A DNA stretch of 63,668 bases, the filler included, from an uncultured Acidimicrobiia bacterium (GTDB taxonomy: Bacteria > Actinomycetota > Acidimicrobiia > Spongiisociales > JAOTWH01), in assembly GCA_964347285.1 (NCBI GenBank). It is 3 parts of 3 records of this genome, joined end to end, with 100 filler letters (N's around TTAATTAATTAA, not from the genome) between each part and the next. Parts side by side here need not be neighbours in the genome. Positions count along the whole stretch, not along the records: positions 1 to 26,867 come from CAYFYE010000026.1; 2 more parts are not named here. One strand, written 5' to 3'. The notes under the pieces were generated by a model. The model was not told where the DNA came from and searched no databases. It saw nothing but the letters and a program-made list of their open reading frames with translations. Made by a program: the position numbers and the translations under genes. Every line of letters begins with the position of its first letter. The stretch's first letter is position 1. Positions 1 to 9,172 of this stretch are shown one piece after another.

Positions 1-52
1 TCGTGCCCACGTTGAGATGCGGCTTGGTCCGCTCGAACTTTGCCTTGGCCAT
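1..52 (-). CDS. tuf: Elongation factor Tu, N-terminal fragment (runs off window edge)
   Basis: Reverse strand from ATG at 52 reads MAKAKFERTKPHLNVGT, the canonical EF-Tu N-terminus; AAGGAG RBS upstream; follows a tRNA cluster. Confidence 0.95.
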   Translation of the reverse strand, partial: MAKAKFERTKPHLNVGT

Positions 53-78
53 GTCCAGTTGCTCCTTGTGCGATTTCG

Positions 79-150
79 TAGCGGCGGGTGGACTCGAACC
101 ACCGACAACCCGATTATGAGCCGGGTGCTCTACCCCTGAGCTACGCCGCC
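79..150 (-). tRNA. tRNA-Met (CAT), non-initiator type (elongator Met, Ile2 not excluded)
   Basis: GGCGGCGTAGCTCAGGGGTAGAGCACCCGGCTCATAATCGGGTTGTCGGTGGTTCGAGTCCACCCGCCGCTA; cloverleaf, CTCATAA anticodon loop, TTCGA T-loop; CCA not encoded. Confidence 0.92.
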
Positions 151-206
151 TCCTGTCGTGCGGAAAGATACCGCACCGGCCCGGCGCCCGGTTGGTCGCC
201 GAGCCG

Positions 207-279
207 AGCCCCCTTCCGGACTCGAACCGGAGACCTCATCCTTACCATGGATGTGCTCTACCAACTGAGCTAAGGGGGC
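207..279 (-). tRNA. tRNA-Thr (GGT)
   Basis: GCCCCCTTAGCTCAGTTGGTAGAGCACATCCATGGTAAGGATGAGGTCTCCGGTTCGAGTCCGGAAGGGGGCT; cloverleaf, GGT anticodon. Confidence 0.95.
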
Positions 280-305
280 GGGGGGCGATAGGTTACCCCG
301 TCCCG

Positions 306-388
306 TGCCGGGAGAAGGATTCGAACCTCCGAAGGCAAACGCCGGCAGATTTACAGTCTGCTCCCTTTGACCGCTCGGGCATCCCGGC
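306..388 (-). tRNA. tRNA-Tyr (GTA)
   Basis: GCCGGGATGCCCGAGCGGTCAAAGGGAGCAGACTGTAAATCTGCC...GGTTCGAATCCTTCTCCCGGCA; long variable arm, GTA anticodon. Confidence 0.95.
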
Positions 389-558
389 CTGGAGGTCAAG
401 GCGAAGGTTAGTAACCCGGCCGGCCCCGTCGATCGGGCCGGTCGCTGCCCTCAGTTCCTCCTAACGCCGCCTCGGTGCCGATCGACGACTGCCCACGTCA
501 ATCCCCGGCGCCGGGCGCCGGGCCGCCTACCGTTCCCGAAGCGAATGCGGAGGTCGGC

Positions 559-1689
559 ATGGACGAGCGACGCGACAAGCTCGAGGAGTGGCGCCACAGA
601 AGCCTGATAACCATCGACCAGGAGGAGGCCATCGAGGCCGCCGAGGGCATCTTCGAAGTAGGCCGGGCCGAGCGCAGGATTCCCGAAGCCCTGGCGTACC
701 TGGGTGGCCTGCTCTTTCTCATAGGAGGGCTGATCCTGGCCTTCGACAGCGTCGAGGTGGATGCCCTCCGGGAGCCGAGCAGCACCCGGGCCTTCACCAT
801 CGCCCTCCTGGTGTCGATCGCCTTGGGCGCGGCCGCCTGGTACCTGCGGGGGCGTGACGACCAACCGGTTGCATTGCGGGCCACGGCGGTGGTGGCGGGA
901 CTGGCCGTCGTGGCCTTTGCCGTCGCCGCCGCCATCTTCTTCTTCGACCTGTTCGACTTCGGGGACTCGTCGCTGCTCATCATGGGTCTGGCCCTCACCG
1001 CCGTGTCGTTTCCGGCCTGGCGCTGGCGGCCGGCCGCCCCCACCCAGATCGTGTTGGCCCTCTCCCTGGGGCTGGTGGTGGTGGGCATCCTCGCCATCAT
1101 CGTCGACGATCTCTTCTTCTTCGGACCCGACGAGGGGGACCTCACCGTCGGGGGGCTGCTGTTCGCCGGGCTGGGATTGGCGTGGCTGGTGCTCACCTAT
1201 CGGGGCACGTTTCGGCCCACCAACACCGGGTACGTCCTGGGGACCGTGCTCGCCTACGTCGGGTTCGAGCTGCTCGCCGCCATCGCCGACGGATGGATCA
1301 TCCTCCAGATCGCCTTCGGCATATCCCTCGTGCTGGCCGGGGTGTGGATGGCCCGCACGCTGATGATCGCCCTGGGGATGTGGGGAGCTGTGGTGGGACT
1401 GGCCCGCCTGCTGGGAATCCTCTTCGACACCGCCGTTCCGACCGGCACCGTCTCCATCGTGCTTGGGGCCGCCGCTCTGGGGGGCGCCATCGCCTTCCGG
1501 CGCCGGCCCCGACCCCTCGGTCCCCGGCCGGGCTACCCGGAAGAGGTCCCGTCCCCTGCAGAAGCCGAAGCGCCCGAACCGCCCCGGCCCGAGCCGGCCG
1601 AGCGGCTACCGGAGGCCCCTGAGGAAGCAACCGACGAGGGTTCGGTCGAAGGGGAGGCTCTCCCGCCGGAACCGGGCGATCCGGATTAG
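559..1689 (+). CDS. Polytopic membrane protein, DUF2157-like, with Pro/Glu-rich C-terminal tail
   Basis: ATG at 559 after GGAGG; N-terminal 'LEEWRHRSLITIDQEEAI...EALAYLGG' resembles DUF2157; about 10 hydrophobic helices. Confidence 0.7.
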   Translation: MDERRDKLEEWRHRSLITIDQEEAIEAAEGIFEVGRAERRIPEALAYLGGLLFLIGGLILAFDSVEVDALREPSSTRAFTIALLVSIALGAAAWYLRGRDDQPVALRATAVVAGLAVVAFAVAAAIFFFDLFDFGDSSLLIMGLALTAVSFPAWRWRPAAPTQIVLALSLGLVVVGILAIIVDDLFFFGPDEGDLTVGGLLFAGLGLAWLVLTYRGTFRPTNTGYVLGTVLAYVGFELLAAIADGWIILQIAFGISLVLAGVWMARTLMIALGMWGAVVGLARLLGILFDTAVPTGTVSIVLGAAALGGAIAFRRRPRPLGPRPGYPEEVPSPAEAEAPEPPRPEPAERLPEAPEEATDEGSVEGEALPPEPGDPD

Positions 1690-2555
1690 CGGATCCCCAT
1701 CGCCATCTGTTCGAGGCGCTCGACGCGCTCGGGGATGGGCGGGTGGGTGGAGAACATACGGGCGATGCCGCCCGCCCCCCGGCCGCCCCGCAGGGCGTGC
1801 ATCGGATCGGCGATGAAGAGCTGGCTCACCGCCGGATTGACCTCCATCGGGATGCGGGACGTTCCCGCCTCGAGCTTCTGGAGGGCCTGGGCCAGGGCCA
1901 GCGGAGACCCGGTGGTCTCGGCACCGGACCGGTCTGCCTGGAACTCCCGGGAGCGGCTGATGGCCAGACGGATGAGCATGGCGGCCAAGGGGGCCACGAT
2001 GATCCCGACGATGCCGATGATCGCCGAGATGGGATCGTTGCCCCGCCGGTCCCGCCCCATCCCGGTCCAGAAGGCGATGCGCATCAGGAAGGTCAGCGCC
2101 GCCGCCAGGGTGGCGGCGATGGAGGAGATGAGGATGTCGCGGTTCTTCACGTGGGAGATCTCGTGGGCCAGCACCCCCTCCAGCTCGGCATGGCTCATCA
2201 TCTGGACGATGCCGGTGGTCACCGCCACCGCGGCGTGGTCGGGGTTGCGCCCGGTGGCGAAGGCGTTGGGCTGGGGCGAATCGATCAGATAGATGTTCGG
2301 CATCGGCATGTTGTCGCGCTGGGTCAGCGAGCGCACGATCGAATACACGTCGGGAAGCTGGTGCTCCTCCACCGGGACGGCCCGGGTCGAGGCCAGGGCC
2401 ATCTTGTCCGAGAAGAAGTAGACGGCGAAGTTGATGACGGCGGCGATGATCAGGGCGATCAGCGCACCGGTGACCCCCCAGTAGGAGCCCACCGCCACGA
2501 ACACCGCCCCGAGCACGGCCAGGAAGGCGACGGTCTTGAAGTTGTTGGTGGTCAT
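1686..2555 (-). CDS. htpX: Zinc metalloprotease HtpX (peptidase M48)
   Basis: PNAFATGRNP, HEISH (HExxH), SRSREFQADR and FSTHPP motifs; start MTTNNFKT. Confidence 0.95.
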   Translation of the reverse strand: MTTNNFKTVAFLAVLGAVFVAVGSYWGVTGALIALIIAAVINFAVYFFSDKMALASTRAVPVEEHQLPDVYSIVRSLTQRDNMPMPNIYLIDSPQPNAFATGRNPDHAAVAVTTGIVQMMSHAELEGVLAHEISHVKNRDILISSIAATLAAALTFLMRIAFWTGMGRDRRGNDPISAIIGIVGIIVAPLAAMLIRLAISRSREFQADRSGAETTGSPLALAQALQKLEAGTSRIPMEVNPAVSQLFIADPMHALRGGRGAGGIARMFSTHPPIPERVERLEQMAMGIR

Positions 2556-2602
2556 TCTGACAAGAGTGTATCGATGGACGCCGGATATCAGATGGCGACG
2601 CG

Positions 2603-2630
2603 ATGGAGGCGGCCCGAAGGCCGCCTCCAT
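2603..2630. terminator. GC-rich hairpin, probable terminator of the LVIVD/PA gene
   Basis: ATGGAGGCGGCC-CGAA-GGCCGCCTCCAT, perfect 12-bp stem just past the stop at 2653. Confidence 0.6.
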
Positions 2631-2652
2631 GTGTGTTGCCGGGACCGGGTCC

Positions 2653-4599
2653 CTACCTCCTCCGGCCTGCCGCCCCGTCGGAGGCCTGGCCGACTTTGGC
2701 CGAACCGGAGCCGAACTCCTTGAAGATGTCCAGGCCGCCGTTGCGGTCCGAGCCGTAGATCCAGGGCTCACCGGGGATCTTGTACACGCCCCAGTAGTCC
2801 GTGCCCGGCGACGTGAAGCGGGCCGTCTCGACCGGGTTGTACGGGTCGCTGATGTCGAGGATCAGCATCCCGTCGTTGTACCACGAGATGTACGCCTTCA
2901 CCTTGTTGCCAAGGCTCTCGACGATCACGTTGTGTACCGAGTAGGTACCCGCCGGGTCGCAGCTCGGGTCGACCACGGTGGCGCTGCACGTGGTGTCGAA
3001 ACTGGACGCCAGCACAGGATTTGCCGGATCTGAGTAGTCCCAGATCCGTACCTGACCCCAGCCGTTGGGCACTGCCGCGGCGGTCACCGTCTCCCCTGCT
3101 GCGCCTATCACCAGATCCGCCGCACTTGCCGCGTTGGCGATGGCGAGGCCGGTGGAGTGGCCGACGAATACGCCGGGAATGTCCCGTGGGTCGCCGCCCA
3201 TCGTCAGCAGCGCATCGCCGCGAGCTTCGTCGTTGAAGACGACCATGCCGACGTACCCGGCATTGATGGCGTTGGTTGCCTTGTCGTCGAAGCGGCACAC
3301 TCCCCGCTGGATCAGCGCGATCTCCCCATCCCCGGCCGCCGGGGGAACCGGGTCGCCGCCGGTACAGGCCAGGCCGACGTAGGTGGTCGGGCCGCTCATT
3401 TGCCCGCCGGGGAGCGACACCACCGGAGTGGTGAACGAACCTTCTGCCGACGGGTACTCGCCGGCGTTGGGCCCGGTGTCGATGGTGAAGATGGACTCGA
3501 ACGGAGCGAAGTCCTCGTTGGTCTCGACGACGATGCTTCCGTCCTCGCTCATCCAGGCCGCGTGGCTGTTGACCTCCATGTCGCCGTCGGCGCTCAAGTC
3601 GAGGGCAGTGGAGACGTACTGCGGGTTGGTCGGATCGCTCACGTCGAGCAGGATCAGCCCGGCGTCCCAGTTGCTCAAGTACGCGTCGTTGCCGTCGGCG
3701 CTGATGGTGATGTCGTGGAGGAATCGGTTCTGTGAAGCACCGTATCCCGAAATCAGCCAAAGTGCGGCCTCGAACACGCGGTCGACGTCGCTGGTCTCGT
3801 CGCCGACACCGGGATCGAAGACTTCTTCGGCACCCCATGCGCTCGCCATCGTGGGATTCGAGGGATCGGTGATGTCGTAGATCCGGAAGTTGTCGAAGGC
3901 CGATTCGGCCATAGCAGCCACGTAGTCACGGTCGCCGTCGGTGAACAGCCACAGGTTGTGCACCCCGACGTCGGTGATCCCGCCGAAGATGTCATTCGAG
4001 ATGGGGTTCAGCTCATTGATCGGGCCGACGCTGGCCAGGTGAACCGGGTTCTCGGGGTCGTCGACGTTGTAGACCTCGAAGCCACCGGGGCCAACGGCGC
4101 ACGACTCGTTGGAGTGCACCAGGATGTCTCCCGAGTTCATCGCAGCTACTTTGACATCATTGGAGCGGCTACCGGTAGGCGACTGAATGATGCCGACGAA
4201 CTCGACTTTGTTCTTGTTGTGCACATCCCATATCCACACGCCGGCCTCGGGATCACCGCCGCACGGGTTGTTGAAGGTCCCCGTGTAGGCGTACCCGTTG
4301 TGGGCCCAGACGTCTGTGGTGGCACCGGCGACATCTCGCTCGCCGCTACCCGAGACCGCCAGGTTCTTGGTCACCTTGGCGGACGGGCCGCTGCTCACGA
4401 TGCCGTCCGTCTCCAAATCATGTTCCGATAGCGCTGCGCTCAGATCACCTGCCGGGTGCAGGTGCGGTTCCGCTTCCTGCTCGGTCGGGTCGTCGGTGAT
4501 CCCGTCCGGATCGGGATGGGCGGCCACCGGCACCGCCATCGTTGTCAGCAGGGCGAGCGTCGCTAGCGACGCCCACACCGCGCGTATTCGCACTCCCAT
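2653..4599 (-). CDS. Secreted LVIVD-repeat beta-propeller protein with inserted protease-associated (PA) domain
   Basis: Signal peptide; repeated 'LILLDVSDPTNP'/'MLILDISDPYNP' units; PA signature 'IALIQRGVCRFDDKATNAINAGYVGMVVFN'; GGAGAG RBS. Confidence 0.8.
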   Translation of the reverse strand: MGVRIRAVWASLATLALLTTMAVPVAAHPDPDGITDDPTEQEAEPHLHPAGDLSAALSEHDLETDGIVSSGPSAKVTKNLAVSGSGERDVAGATTDVWAHNGYAYTGTFNNPCGGDPEAGVWIWDVHNKNKVEFVGIIQSPTGSRSNDVKVAAMNSGDILVHSNESCAVGPGGFEVYNVDDPENPVHLASVGPINELNPISNDIFGGITDVGVHNLWLFTDGDRDYVAAMAESAFDNFRIYDITDPSNPTMASAWGAEEVFDPGVGDETSDVDRVFEAALWLISGYGASQNRFLHDITISADGNDAYLSNWDAGLILLDVSDPTNPQYVSTALDLSADGDMEVNSHAAWMSEDGSIVVETNEDFAPFESIFTIDTGPNAGEYPSAEGSFTTPVVSLPGGQMSGPTTYVGLACTGGDPVPPAAGDGEIALIQRGVCRFDDKATNAINAGYVGMVVFNDEARGDALLTMGGDPRDIPGVFVGHSTGLAIANAASAADLVIGAAGETVTAAAVPNGWGQVRIWDYSDPANPVLASSFDTTCSATVVDPSCDPAGTYSVHNVIVESLGNKVKAYISWYNDGMLILDISDPYNPVETARFTSPGTDYWGVYKIPGEPWIYGSDRNGGLDIFKEFGSGSAKVGQASDGAAGRRR

Positions 4600-4901
4600 C
4601 CGTAGTCTCTCCTCTCCAGCCGCCCGGGAAGCCCCTCTGCGCGGCCACGAATGGTGCTCGCCCGGCGCTCGGGCGAGTACGGAGAGCGTTCTAGCAGCTC
4701 CTCTGCCTGCATTGCCTGAAAAACCACGAAAAGCTTTCGCGCTTTGAGCGCGAAAAACGGCCACTTCCCGGGAAGCGCCCGGTCAACCGGTCTGGGGATC
4801 TTCGCACGACCCGAACGAGGGGTGCTTGAGAGACAACGACGGTTACCCCATCCAGCAAGTAATGAAATGGCCCGCACCGATGGGCGGGCCGTTTCGCGCC
4901 A

Positions 4902-5963
4902 CTAGCTCCGCGCCGCCACCATCACGCGGAAATCACCCAGGCCGCGCGGATGGAGCAGCGTCTCGATGTCGGTGACCTGGGAGCGGACCTGGAGGCGGGC
5001 GATGGCATCGTCGCCCTTGGCCAGCTCCAGCTCTATGTCCCTCAGCTCGCTCAAGCGATCGCGCAATCCCCACCGGGCCAGGAAGTCGTCCTGGCGGTGG
5101 AGCTCGACGCTCGCCCTCAGTTCTTCGGCGGCCGCCGCCAGCGCCGTGAAGTTGACGTCGGCGGTGATGTCGGTGGCCCCCGGCTCGGCCAAGGGGTCCG
5201 GCCCCAGGTGGTGAGCCCGATAGGTGCGCAGGGTGCCCTGGGTGCGGCGCGGCTCCAGCTCCTCGGCGGTGCCCCCGTAGTCGACGACGACCAGCGAACC
5301 GGCCGCCAACGCGCTCAGCGCGCTGCCCATCCAGTGGTAGGCCGCCAGCTGGACCTCCACCATGCCGCCCTCGGAAACGTTTCCGGCAAACCGACGGCAC
5401 CAGTCGGTGACCGCCGGGCGGGCCGGCCGGGCCACCAGCTCCAGCTCGCCGCCCGTCACCCCCACCCAACGCTCCTGCCAGCCGTCACCGGTCTTGACCG
5501 CCAGGGCCATCGGCAGGTTGTCGACCAGCTCGTTGGCGATGATCACCCCGGGCAGCGGGCCGGAGAGCTCCCCGAGCGAGCCCACCACCCGGTGCTCCCC
5601 GACGACGTCGACCAACGCCCTGCGGGCCGCCGGGGAGGCCTCCACCGCCCAGGCCTCGGGCCGGGGCTCGATCGCCGCCAGCAGCGGTCCGAGCAGCGAG
5701 CCCGAGCCGGCCCCGGCCTCGACCACCGCGAAGCCGGGGGGATGATCGAGCCGATCTCGTTCGGCGGCCACGAAACGGGCCAGGGTCTCCCCAAAAGCCG
5801 GGCTCACCTCGGAGCTGGTGAGGAAGTCGCCCTCGGGGGCCGACCGGAGCGGACCGGCGGCAAAGAAGCCGCCTTCGGGGTCGTAGAGGGCCGCCTCCAT
5901 GAACGCTTCGAAGGGAAGGGGACCTGCGGCGTCGATCTGCTCGATGAGGCTCTGCTTGAGCAT
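4902..5963 (-). CDS. SAM-dependent methyltransferase, MidA/NDUFAF7 family
   Basis: 'GPLPFEAFMEAALYDPEGGFF', 'GDFLTSSE', 'VEAGAGSG', 'IANELVDNLP', 'DYG', 'DITADVNF' motifs. Confidence 0.9.
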   Translation of the reverse strand: MLKQSLIEQIDAAGPLPFEAFMEAALYDPEGGFFAAGPLRSAPEGDFLTSSEVSPAFGETLARFVAAERDRLDHPPGFAVVEAGAGSGSLLGPLLAAIEPRPEAWAVEASPAARRALVDVVGEHRVVGSLGELSGPLPGVIIANELVDNLPMALAVKTGDGWQERWVGVTGGELELVARPARPAVTDWCRRFAGNVSEGGMVEVQLAAYHWMGSALSALAAGSLVVVDYGGTAEELEPRRTQGTLRTYRAHHLGPDPLAEPGATDITADVNFTALAAAAEELRASVELHRQDDFLARWGLRDRLSELRDIELELAKGDDAIARLQVRSQVTDIETLLHPRGLGDFRVMVAARS

Positions 5964-6033
5964 GCCCGACAAGGTATCAGTCCGCGGGCGGCGCCTGGTG
6001 AGAAAGGCGTGCCGTCTCGGCCCCGCCGGCCAC

Positions 6034-8244
6034 CTACTTGCCGAATGCCCCGGCCACCGGAGTCCATCCGGATTCCCCGAACAAGAAGTCGATGTCGGCC
6101 GCCCCGCCCTCGTTCTCCAGCGTCAGGTAGAAGCGTGCCTCGGGGGAGCGAAACAGTCCGGCGGTGCTGGTGCCGTCGCCCTCCCAGTCGCCGACGACCA
6201 GCAGGTCGCCCGGATTGCCGAAGGGGTAGGCGACGTCGGCGGCCCCCGAAGTGAGCGAGTTCCGCAGCAGAATCTGCCCGATGGAGCGGCGCCGGACTCC
6301 GACCGTATCGATTCCGTCGCCGTCGAAGTCGCCGGCAAAGGCCTCGTCGCCGACGTCGCCGAAGAAGAAGTCGAGGTCGGCGAATCCGAGCCCGGCGGCG
6401 CCGCTGCCCAGCCGGTTGATGACAAAGACCCGGGCCTCGTCGGGCCGGTACAGCGACACCGTGTCACACCCGTCGCCGTCGAAGTCGCCGGCTAGGGGCA
6501 CGTCGCCCGGGTTTCCGAAAAAGAAGCGGACGTCGGCGTTGCCCTGGGAGTTGGAGTTGCGCAGGTAGACGAATCCGTCGGACTGCCGATAGAGCCCGGG
6601 GGTGTCGACCCCGTCGCAATCCCAGTCGCCCATGAAGGGCACGTCGGCGGGGTTGCCGTAGTAGAAGGAGTTGACCCCGACCCGCTCCCGCAGGTACCAG
6701 ACGCCGGTCGTGCGATCGACCAGGCCGGCCCCGTCGACCCGGGGACCGAGCCGGAAGGGGATCGTGTCGGCGTACTTGAAGAGCAGGGCTTCACCGGGCT
6801 GCAGCACCACCTCGGCGGTGGAGATCTCCAGGGGCGGCTCGGGAGGCAGCTGGCCTTCAGGAGGCGGCTCGGGTGGCGGTTCGGGGAGGGTGAGCTGAAG
6901 GACGCGCACCTTGCCGTCGTTGGGGTCGAGGTATTCCAGCCGGCTCCGGTCGACCCAGAACGGCGCATCGGTGAAGTCGAAGGCCATGCGGACCCGGCCG
7001 GGAAGATCGGCGCTGGGAAGGGGCGGGGCGCCCCCGCCCATGGAGTGGGTGTGCCGGGCGTTCTGCACCATCACGTAGGGCTCTCCGTCGGGAGCCGCGA
7101 AGTGACCGACGAGGATGTCCATCGGACCCTCCCCCTCCCCGGGCCCGACCTCGACGAGATAGGGGTCGCCGCCGGCGCCGGGGCTCCACGGCCTGGTCCC
7201 TCCCGGCTGGCTCACCAGGGGATGGACGGCGGGGATCAATCGCACATCGGTCGAGGTGAGCTGGGTCACCACCTTGCCCAGGTTGGCCAACTGGCGGTTG
7301 ATCTGGGCCACGGTTCCCCAGAGTCCAGTCCGAGGAGCGGACCACGATCCGATGCCGTCGTGGAGCACCGAGCCGCCCCAGTCGGTAGCGGTGGGATGGC
7401 CTTCGGCGGCCGCCTGATAGAAGAACCAGATGTGCCCGGTGAATCCGTAGGTGAGGCCGGCCATCGCCTGCCAGCGCAGATCGGAAGGGGTGTGCCGGGG
7501 TGCGAAGTTGCTCTCGGCTCCGACGTAGGCGTTGAGGTACTCCCAATAGGGAACCCCCTTGCGCAGGGCCGCGTCGCGGAACTTCTCCAGCACCGTGTAG
7601 TGCAGCGATCCCAGGAAGTAGTCGCTGGAGACCTGGACGTCGGCGTCGACGTTGTTCACCCAGTGCTCCAGCAATGCGTCCCGGTTGGGGACGAAGTAGC
7701 TGAAGTTGGTGAACGCCAATGCCTCGGGGTCGGCAGCCCGCACCGCGGCGATGCCGGCCTCGATGCCCTCGAGGACCTCCACCGAGAGCGGCTCGTCCCC
7801 CACCTGGAAGCCGATGCGGCCCGGGAGGTCGGGCGCCAAGCCCCCCAGCGTCAGCCCGGTCGAGCGGAACTCCTCGCCGTTCCACACCACCGACGTGCCG
7901 TCGTCGTCGAGCCAGGTGACGAACGGGGCGTCCTTTCCCGGCTGCCATCCGGCCACCTCGGCGGGGCCGTCCTTCCACAGTGTCACCGCCGACGCCCCGA
8001 AGGCATCGAAGTAGTCGTTGCGCTGGCCGGGGGGAGGCGCTCCCATCGACACCACCAGTGCCGAGATCAGCATCGGGTGGGTGCGTACCCACTCCCAACC
8101 CCGCGGCAAGCCGGGTTCGGCCTCCCGGGCGGTCACCGGCCACTCGCCGACCGACGGCTCGGCGGCGGCCGGAGCTGCCCCGGCTACTAGAAGAACCGAA
8201 AGGGCCACGGCAGCGAATGGCGCGCCGAGACGGTGGTGGACCAT
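6034..8244 (-). CDS. Secreted protein: glycoside-hydrolase-like N-terminal domain, Pro-rich linker, C-terminal FG-GAP-like repeats
   Basis: Signal peptide; 'QVGDEP' motif; PEPPPEPPP linker; four GD(W/F)xxDGxxT repeats. Confidence 0.65.
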   Translation of the reverse strand: MVHHRLGAPFAAVALSVLLVAGAAPAAAEPSVGEWPVTAREAEPGLPRGWEWVRTHPMLISALVVSMGAPPPGQRNDYFDAFGASAVTLWKDGPAEVAGWQPGKDAPFVTWLDDDGTSVVWNGEEFRSTGLTLGGLAPDLPGRIGFQVGDEPLSVEVLEGIEAGIAAVRAADPEALAFTNFSYFVPNRDALLEHWVNNVDADVQVSSDYFLGSLHYTVLEKFRDAALRKGVPYWEYLNAYVGAESNFAPRHTPSDLRWQAMAGLTYGFTGHIWFFYQAAAEGHPTATDWGGSVLHDGIGSWSAPRTGLWGTVAQINRQLANLGKVVTQLTSTDVRLIPAVHPLVSQPGGTRPWSPGAGGDPYLVEVGPGEGEGPMDILVGHFAAPDGEPYVMVQNARHTHSMGGGAPPLPSADLPGRVRMAFDFTDAPFWVDRSRLEYLDPNDGKVRVLQLTLPEPPPEPPPEGQLPPEPPLEISTAEVVLQPGEALLFKYADTIPFRLGPRVDGAGLVDRTTGVWYLRERVGVNSFYYGNPADVPFMGDWDCDGVDTPGLYRQSDGFVYLRNSNSQGNADVRFFFGNPGDVPLAGDFDGDGCDTVSLYRPDEARVFVINRLGSGAAGLGFADLDFFFGDVGDEAFAGDFDGDGIDTVGVRRRSIGQILLRNSLTSGAADVAYPFGNPGDLLVVGDWEGDGTSTAGLFRSPEARFYLTLENEGGAADIDFLFGESGWTPVAGAFGK

Positions 8245-8317
8245 GGCCGTCAGCCTATTGCTTGTTCGGCGAGACCCGCGCCGTCCCCTCGAGAGGCCGG
8301 AGGGGCGGCGGGAGGCT

Positions 8318-9043
8318 CTAGTCCCCGACCTTGTTCTTGGGGTTCTTGGGCCCGCGCTTGGCGGCGGCCATCAGCTGGCCGAAGTTGCGAGGCTTCTCGC
8401 CGAAGGCGGCCAGCTCCGCGTTGCCGAGCTCTTTGCGCAGCTTCCCGAACGAGAATCCCCCGTCCCCGTCGGCCCCGAGTGCCCGAAGCTCCTCAAGGCT
8501 GGTGCCGGTGGCCGATGAAAGCTTGAGGAGGTGGAACACCGCCCCCCAGCCGATGTCCTGCTCACGGAGGCCGGTGACCACCGAGACCTCGACTCCGAAG
8601 GCCTCCGCCAGGAGGTCTTCCTTGGCGACCGGGGCGTCGTCGGCCTCGGCCTCGGCATCGTCCGATTCGACCATTCCCTTGGCGGCCGGATTGGCCTTGA
8701 TGAGCCTGTGGATGAGGCGGGCCTGGTGCTTGAACGCCTTCCGCTCGTCCTTGTCGAAGTCCGCCTGGAGCGCTCCGAACTCGAACTCGTACTCGCCGTC
8801 CACCAAGGGGGCGGCGGTCAAGAAGCTGTCGACGGAGACGGTGACGCCCTTCATCCCGGCCAGGGCCATGAGCTTGGAGATGGCCCCGTACCCGACTCCG
8901 GCCTCCCGCAGGGCGGCCACCTCTTCGGTGTCGACGACGAAGGCTTCTTCTTCCGGACCGTCGGTGGTTCCCTCCTCGGCCAGAGCCGGCGCGGTGCCGA
9001 GCGCGAGGGCGAGGGCCAACGCCAATGCCGTCAGGTGCCTCAT
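8318..9043 (-). CDS. Secreted hypothetical protein with two-fold internal repeat
   Basis: ATG 9043 after GGAGG; signal peptide ending PALA-E; LREAGVGYGAISKL / LREQDIGWGAVFHL repeats. Confidence 0.7.
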   Translation of the reverse strand: MRHLTALALALALALGTAPALAEEGTTDGPEEEAFVVDTEEVAALREAGVGYGAISKLMALAGMKGVTVSVDSFLTAAPLVDGEYEFEFGALQADFDKDERKAFKHQARLIHRLIKANPAAKGMVESDDAEAEADDAPVAKEDLLAEAFGVEVSVVTGLREQDIGWGAVFHLLKLSSATGTSLEELRALGADGDGGFSFGKLRKELGNAELAAFGEKPRNFGQLMAAAKRGPKNPKNKVGD

Positions 9044-9172
9044 CGGACGACCTCCAATACACGTCGAACTACTCATAGTAGTCATCGGCCAACCCGGCCC
9101 GCACCTTGAGCTCCGAGGGCCGACCCTCCGCCCCCCGGTCCGTACACTCGGCAATCCCCCACGAGGGCGCCC

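Noticed and set aside
79..388. tRNA genes without encoded CCA
   Set aside because: Common in Actinomycetota; CCA is added post-transcriptionally
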